From contig NC_042999.1 of the NCBI RefSeq assembly GCF_006345805.1, positions 170,686,001 through 170,750,000 on the forward strand: DNA of 64,000 nt, written 5' to 3'. The position numbers and the translations under genes were made by a program. Origin of the DNA: Octopus sinensis (lineage: Eukaryota). This document shows, piece after piece, positions 56,519-64,000 of the stretch (position 1 is the first letter of the stretch; each line of letters begins with the position of its first letter). The notes beneath the pieces are model-generated. The model saw only the letters and a list, made by a program, of their open reading frames with translations, searched no databases and was not told the DNA's origin.

Positions 56519-57134
56519 AAATTGCTATTAAATCGTGGTTTTGGCCGTGTTGGCTGCTTCTTCTAGCAGGTAAAATGACCTGTTATTGGGTAATTTCTTT
56601 TGTGTTTAAATGTACACTATTTTAAAATTTGAATAAGTTGTTTATTGACTATTTATACAAGCTACGCCACTGGTGGTGATATTTATAACGAATATTCGCT
56701 ACCCTATGTATGAATCTTATGAATATGTTCTTAGCATTCTCGAAGATTCAGCTCGGCATTATTTTTATTGCCGACTGGAACTACGCCTGCGAGCGGAATT
56801 TTGACAAATTATAACATATAATGATGGGACACGTGTTATCTTGTCTCTAAATTATAACTTAGTTATTGAGGCCGGTTACTGATGAGAATTTCGCATGGCG
56901 GATGATATTGTTTGTTAAAGTACCTATTAAAAGGTGGCAGATAATATTATTTGCTAAAGAAATTTGAAACCATGGTATAACCGCAAATAAAAATAACAGG
57001 GTAAAAGTTTTTAGTTTTCATTCCTCCGAAAATTGCTACTAATTCGTGGTTTTGGCCGTGTTGGCTGCTTCTTCTAGCATGTAAAATTACCTGTTAAAGG
57101 GTAATATCTTTTGTGTTTAAATGTACACTATTTT

Positions 57135-57140
<6 letters not shown>
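56519..57140 (+). mobile_element. 511-bp monomer with 111-bp terminal redundancy and one HHR (family H3, retrozyme/pLTR-like)
   Basis: Direct repeats 56519-56629 and 57030-57140; ends in (AT)n; no ORF in the track. Confidence 0.85.
56873..56983 (+). ncRNA. Type I hammerhead ribozyme, canonical core, extended stem II
   Basis: cggtta-CTGATGA-gaatttc...gaaattt-GAAA-CCATGG-T-A-taaccg. Perfect 6-bp stem I, palindromic ACCATGGT stem III, predicted cleavage after A56977. Confidence 0.88.
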
Positions 57141-57182
<42 letters not shown>

Positions 57183-57260
57183 TTACACACGCACATACAC
57201 GCACACACACATTAACCTTTAAACCTTCTGTAGTTTTTTCACTTTTTACTATTTTCTATA

Positions 57261-57308
<48 letters not shown>

Positions 57309-57309
57309 T

Positions 57310-57381
57310 ACGAGAAAAAAGCAACAAGAATGGATTAGTTTTGTACTAAAAAACTAATCCATTCTTGTTGTTTTTTCTCGT
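57310..57381. repeat. Near-perfect 33-bp-arm hairpin
   Basis: acgagaaaaaagcaacaagaatggattagtttt / aaaactaatccattcttgttgttttttctcgt. Confidence 0.92.
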
Positions 57382-57562
57382 TTATAATCACCCCACATTA
57401 TTGTATGGTTAATACCATATAGTTTTCTGGTGCATCTAAGTTAAGTACCGCATTCAAGTGAATTCATTAGAACTGACTTGAATCTTAATTGCTTTTACTG
57501 TATATATAAATATATATATATATTTGTATATAGTAAATAACATATATATATATGTATATAAT

Positions 57563-57594
<32 letters not shown>

Positions 57595-59526
57595 ATATAA
57601 ATAGTTAATAACATATATATATATATATATAATATATATATATATACATGTATATATGGGTACAGGACATCACCAACGGTGCAAACAGCATGAAATACTT
57701 AAACAAACGAGTTAAATACCTAAACAACCAAAAAATGGAAAACAGAACAAGTAAACACAGAGAAAGGACCTTTCATCAGTTGTCGGCTGTCTATCTACTC
57801 CCTATTTCGAGAATTCAACGACAATGTGAGTTTTCAAAGACAGTTTAGGATTTAAGGATGGTCAAAGTGTGGAACAAAAACGTGACAGTGGAGACATACA
57901 AGGAAACCGAACGAAAACAAACAGAGATAAAATACGGCTTATTTTTGGTGTGAGATTAAAAGCTAAGTATTAAAATTATATATTTCCAGTCGCTACTTGA
58001 TTAGTACCTAATTTATTTACGCATAAAATAAGGGTAAAATATAAAAATAAAACGAAAAAACATATTGCCGCCATTTGAACTCATTATTCAAAGAGAGAGA
58101 GAGAGAGAGAGGGAGGGAGAGGTGATGGAGGGAGAGAGAGAGAGTGAGTGAGAAATGAGGGAGAGAGGGAGACCAAAGTGCCGCAAATAATGTTTTTCAT
58201 CATTCTATTTATTCTACTACGGACAGCTCTAATACGGTTTTATGTTTTATAATTTTCTGGAAATCAAATAACATTCAGTAGATCGTATGCCAAAAAAATA
58301 AAAATAAAATATCAAGATGTATGTTCAACAAAAGATTTTTGTAAATGATATTAAAGTGTATTTTTATGAAGATAAAAATAGCTCTTAAATCAATTTTTTT
58401 AGTGAATATAAATATTTAAATTTGAAATTGAAACAAACGAAAAGATAAAGATAAAAATTCACATTGTTTACGTAAATTTATTAAGCTATTCGGAACATAT
58501 TAAATAAAATATATCTGCACACATACACATATACAAATGCTTACACACATATATACCCCCACACACGTATGCATTATGAAGACGTGTGAGTGTGAGTAGA
58601 TGTATGTATATTGATCAAATATGCACTTAGCGCCATTCCTATGGTACGATATCTAGTACTTCATGAACAACAGCGAATGAAGCTGGGTTGAAGATGGAGA
58701 AAAAAATAGGCATAAAAATATAAATACGGACCAAGAGAACGGATGAATAATTCAACAAAGTCTGACTTGACTCTTCGGCGAACTGCAGTGGGTATGAGCT
58801 ACATTATCCTAAACAAATATGTACAGTTTTTCAGTAGGACTAACCTCAGAAGGAATCGGACAAGAAAAGAAGAATTTCAATGCTTATTTAAGCGGTTGTA
58901 TTGGGCGATTGTGAAATGGGAAAATTGTAACGTCAGGATGTTCTTCCAATAGAATTTACTGCCTTCATGTCACACTCGCTCATGACAATCTGTTTTAATT
59001 GGCAGTAAGAATATTAACGTCAACAGAGCTTCTGAGGGCTCTGTACCATAACATTACCAGTCGCACCACATGTTGCAGCTGTAGGGCTGGTAAAATAAAT
59101 ATTCCTCAGCACAGAACTAAAAGCTGACGATCAAGAGGTCTTTCCCATGTCCACAACAACTAGTACTACTATAATGCTATGAGCAAGACATGGAGTGCAA
59201 GAAGAGGTGCAAAAATATCGAATTACAAATATAATTTAAAAAGCCATGCTACAAAAAGCAAGTAAAAGCAATTGGAATTTGTGAGGAATGATCACTTCTC
59301 CAGGACATGTTTTTCATTAGCTACACAAAAGGCAAATCGTTCTTTATAAAACTAACAAATCTCAAGCAAAATGGTAGAGACGAGATTAAATCATAAGCAA
59401 AAATAAAAAATGAAAAACACCTGAAAAGCTGTATATTAGTGAGTAATGAAATTAACTAACCTACCCAGAGGCTATAGGATTCCGTATGTTGTACTGATCA
59501 TCCGAAACGCTTATATACATAGTCTA

Positions 59527-60826
59527 CGAGGGGTGTTCAATAAGTAATGCCCGTGACCCACTTCCCATAGCTGTAAAGCAACGAAACATGGCACAGTTAT
59601 TAGTCTTTTTCTACATAGGAACCACCCAGAATTACGCATTTCTCTCATTGTTTGATGCAGCTCTGGAGACCGTTTTTGTAGAAGACCCCAGCTTGGTCTT
59701 CCAACCACAAGGTGACTTCAGAAATCAAGGCTGCATCATCTGGGAAACGCATTCCTTTCAAAAACAACTTCATGGCTGGGAAGAGGTGAAAATTAGAGGG
59801 TGCAAGGTCAGGAGAGTAGGGGAGATTGACAAGGAGTTCATAGCCGCACGCCTGTGCTTCTGATCTGGCAACACGCGAGTTGTGGACCGGAGCGTTGTCC
59901 TGCAGGAGGAGGATGCTTTTTTCTGATCTTGCCCCGCCTGTTGAATTTGATAGCTTCTCTTAATTTCCTCAAAAGTGAAGCATAATAGGCTCCTGTAATT
60001 GTGGTACCCATTGCCATGGAATCTGTCATCACTACTCGGTCCTAGTCCCAGAAGACTGTGAGCATGACCTTGCCAGCGGAGGGCTGCAGTCTTGCCTTCT
60101 TTGGAGGAGGTGAGTCACGGTGCTTCCACTGCATTGACTGGGCTTTGGTCTCTGGATCATAGTGATGGATCCAGGTTTCATCCTGTGTAATCAGTCTTTT
60201 GAAAAAATTTGACTCATCTTCTTGGTACATCTCCAAATTCATCCTCGAGCACTCGACGCGTTCTTGCTTATGGAAAGGTGTGAGCAACCTGGGAATCCAT
60301 CTGGCAGACACCTTTTGCGTATGCAAATGGTCATGAATGATAGTTTCCACAGACCCGGTACTAATCTGGACCTCATGGGCTATTTGGCGAATAGTTATGC
60401 GTCGATCTTCCAAAATGGCAGCCTCAACTTGACGGACAGGTGCCTCATCAATAGCAGAAGTGGGGGGCAACCAGATCTGGGAGCTGTTTCCACAGAGTTC
60501 CGAGCGTGTTTGAATTCACGATGCCAGTTTTTACAAGGTCATATGATGGGGCATCATCACCACAAGTTACTTTCATTTCATCAGAAGTCTCCTGTGGTGT
60601 GCGTCCTTTCAAATACAAAAACCGGATCACTGCTCGGCACTCAACATGCTCCATTTCACACTTGACTCAGTTCAAACACCTGTAAATCATAAACCACAAT
60701 CAGTTCAGAGCTGTAATTCGCCACTTAATCTAATCTATAGAGATATACATAATTGTACATGCAAAATTTCAGCTACATCAATCCACTGAAAGTGGGTCAA
60801 GGGCATTACTTATTGAACGTCCCTCG
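59527..60826 (-). mobile_element. Complete 1300-bp mariner transposon, frameshifted transposase
   Basis: 36-bp TIRs (59527-59562 and 60791-60826, 3 mismatches), TA on both sides. MEHVECRAVIRFLYLKG, KVSARWIPRLLT, ITQDETWIHHYDPE, KVMLTVFWD, QDNAPVH-type and LDLAPSNFHLF motifs. Confidence 0.96.
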
Positions 60827-61320
60827 TATATTATCTAATGAGGAAATTACTTGAACATGTTAGAGGTACTTATATAAATTTTTCTCTGCACCTATGGGAT
60901 AAACAATTTCGATCGTACAGCTTTCCTTTTTGTAATGCTGTTTAGGATTTTGTATGATGCCGAGAGATGGAATTGAAACATCAGCGTTAACATTCATCTT
61001 CCTACGTGGAGTATGATCCTTGCGTGGAGACGTTTTGCTAAGGCGTATATACACACAATAAGCAGAAACATTGCTGTGGACACTCAATGTTGTATATGCA
61101 TAAGTTATTTTATAGATTATTCGATAGAAAGGTCAATGAAGCAAAGCTGAGAGATTAACGAAAACATTTCTCAACATATCTTCATCGAAAGAAGTGGTAT
61201 TTAAATTTAAGAGCAACATGACAGGGAGAGAAGACAAAAAGAATATCTATAGTATCAAAATTATTTAATCATGCTAATAAGTATAATTATAAATTATACG
61301 GAAAGAAACGAAGATGGACG

Positions 61321-61359
61321 AGAAAAAGTGTGACGTCATTTTGACGTCACACTTTTTCT
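61321..61359. promoter_or_regulatory. Perfect 18-bp hairpin holding two full CRE-type TGACGTCA motifs
   Basis: agaaaaagtgTGACGTCA ttt TGACGTCAcactttttct. The motif is certain; regulatory function is not shown. Confidence 0.35.
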
Positions 61360-62589
61360 ACTTTCATCCTGACAACCAAAGGCATGACTCTGCCATTGGA
61401 GTTTAACAAATCCAATTTAAATATTCAACGGAAAAGACGAAAGTAGATAAAATTAAACAGCGAAATGAAGTTACATTTTGACTAAAGCTGATATACGTAT
61501 AAAGCAAAAAAGTGTAATCAAATATAGATATATAATATTTCTCTAGCATGATAGATTGTTTACCAAGTGTCGTAAATAAATTGCTAGTAGAGGATAACTC
61601 TGAATAAAGACAAAATATTGTTTAATCATATTTGTGGCAAAATAATTTTAAAAATCAATATTGCTTATTAGCAACTGTTACTCAGACTTTTAGTTGATAG
61701 TGTCTCCTTTATTGAAGACATTACGAAAATGTAGAAAATGAGAATTCGAATGTCTGATGACAAAAATGTTCCTTGCCGAAATTCTCATTCTCAATATTCT
61801 TCTCAAAATTTACGTTCATATAATACTCGAATCACCCAGACAGTACGAAAATAAATACGACGGACTACTTGAAAAGTTTCTAAGTTTGTTGATCTAGATA
61901 TGTTTTCTACTTCAGTTTGTGAATCCAAACTTTAGAACGGTGCCAAATCCAAAGCTGCTTATGTCATAATCAAATGAGATAAAATGGCTGCTGTGTGAGA
62001 TAGTATTGTTACTTACAGTTAAGAGTTTGTGTATGATCAATTGTTTCTAGGTATGTAACAGCGTAAAATCGATAATCATAGTGACTGATATAGCGTAATA
62101 GCATGCTTTTAATATTTGAAAAAGCACTATTGAAATAAAAGAGAATTGTTTACAGATAAAAATATCAGCGATAGGTAGCAGCATTGTTTACCATCACAAT
62201 TGATCACCGCGAGGTTGAAATGGTAATTGTTTAGTGTTATGTCTCAGAGTAGAAATATCACACTAACTGTGATTGTTTACAACCGAAGAAATGACCAAGA
62301 TCAGGATATCCAAAGACTAAAACCTACTCCATCATGTTCCTGTGATCTGTTGATAATCAAGAAAAGAGGCAATGTAAATTACTGTAATATAAATTTAGGG
62401 AAAAATACTAATAAGGGTGCTAACAGTCCCTTTGATATGTGAAATATCAATGATGAACTTTCAATGGCTTGTGCCTTAAAGTAATATACTTTGTCTTTGT
62501 TGGTTTCAGACGCTTCGGAAAGAAGTTTAGAGGCTATCAGTTAGGCATTGTTCACGAACTGTTATAACATTTAACTCCAGCAATCGTAT

Positions 62590-63413
62590 GCGTCCTTCTA
62601 CAATTTCCGTGGAAAAAAATCATTCACAACCATTTTCATATACGAAAGTTGTCTGCACGATGGATTCCCCGGATACTCACACCTTTTTGAGAAGCAGGAG
62701 CGAGTCAATTGTTCCCAGGCTCTTTTGGCAATATGCCAAAAAAAAACACAAAAAAACAACGAGGTGGACTTTTCGACAGACTTATTACACAGCATGAAAC
62801 GTGGGCCCCTCACTATGATCCTGAGACTAAAGTCCAGTTGAAGCATTGGAAGCATGATAATTCATCATCCCAAAGAAGGCTTGCGTCCAACCCTCAGCAG
62901 GCAAGATGATACTCACAGGCTTTTGGGACCAGCGTGGGGTAGTGATGATGGATTTTCTGGCGAAGAGCACCACAATTTGCGGGACGACATCAAAGTAGTG
63001 AGGCATAGCATGCTGACCAAAGGAATCAGCCTCCACTAAGACAACGTCCAAGTTCATAATATGTATGATACTCAGATGAAAGCATACATCCTGAATCTAT
63101 GAAATACTTTCTCACCCCCCTTGCACTCCCGACCTCACATCGTCTGACTTCCATCTCTTTCTAACCATAAAGTATTTTTTGAAAGGGAAGCAATTTTCGG
63201 ATGATGATGAACTCATTTCTGAGGTAAACTCTTGGTTCTAGACGCAATCTACCGACTTCTACAGCTGAGGTCTTCACAGCCGCATAAAGAAATGAGAGAA
63301 GTGTGTCACCATTGATGATGGCTATGTAGAGAAGGACTTATAATTATGCCAAGCTTCGTTTATCCCAATCCTTGGGAAGTAGATCGGGGAAAATATTTAA
63401 TGAACATTCCTCG
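62590..63413 (+). mobile_element. Mariner remnant (3' two-thirds), related to 59527-60826
   Basis: RKLSARWIPRILTPF, LITQHETWAPHYDPETK, SPDLTSSDFHLF; right TIR ...ttaatgaacattcctcg followed by TA. Confidence 0.88.
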
Positions 63414-64000
63414 TACTTGACTGGGAGAAATTTTATTGCTGAATTTGGAATTATTATTTATGGAGTATGTTGTCTTATACTCTTTCTTAGATTTTTGGTT
63501 AATAAACAATGTTTTGTATTTGTGAGTGCTTAATATGTATCAACATTCCTGTAACAACGATACAGAAGTCACACATTAAGTATCCATTCAGCGTGAGCAC
63601 AGAATTTTTCTTCTGTTTCTCACTTGTTTTGAGCAAATAATAAGCCTAGCTATATGTGTGTGGCCTTAATGATATTCATTGGCGTTTGGAAGTTATATCG
63701 TAGGCATAGACAAACCGTTTGCTGAATTTTCATAAAGCTCCATACTTAAATCAGTATTTTCGCTTGGTGACCTTTTTGAACATTTATTTGTCTTCGTATT
63801 AGATTTATTTAGAAGTGAATATAGCACATTTGCACGCGATAAAGTTAAAGAACATTACTTTTGTTTACTCAAAGTACCATTTGTCTTGGAATTTGAAGAT
63901 TTATTCCAATGGCTGAAAACTGAATATCTGTGAATTTACATGAAAATGAAGAATGTATTGTATTCATATCAATTACCAAGATTAAAACCTTAGAATAATT

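Noticed and set aside
57765-57815. Minus-strand CTGATGA within a dispersed repeat
   Set aside because: No downstream stem II plus GAAA; the order of motifs does not fit a closable HHR.
60860-61087. 75-aa ORF beside the mariner
   Set aside because: No motif, splice support or homology that I can recognise.
61737-61792. Type III hammerhead-like arrangement (aatgagaat..CTGATGA..GAAAttctcatt)
   Set aside because: No stem I can form in the 7-nt gap and stem II is out of register.

Overview
AT-rich eukaryotic (animal) DNA dense in microsatellites; the SINE families and repeat landscape resemble an octopus/cephalopod genome (inference from recalled sequence, not a database search). I find no supportable host protein-coding gene, and most ORFs in the track are microsatellite translations. 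The window is intergenic or intronic and is filled with decayed mobile elements: three mariners (one complete 1.3 kb copy with TIRs and TA duplications), a maT-like transposase remnant, a 5'-truncated RTE LINE, R4/Dong-, CRE- and possible Gypsy remnants, a non-autonomous Helitron, three tRNA-derived SINE families and four Penelope-like element (PLE) fragments. The most notable signal is non-coding. About ten type I hammerhead ribozyme (HHR) motifs, some with intact cores and some degenerate, fall into at least four families. They have palindromic stem III (dimer-type), show between-copy covariation, and sit in short elements inserted in (AT)n tracts as tandem, terminally redundant or fold-back structures. 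This fits a PLE-pLTR / non-LTR retrozyme-like system. All alignments and folds were done by eye; activity is untested.
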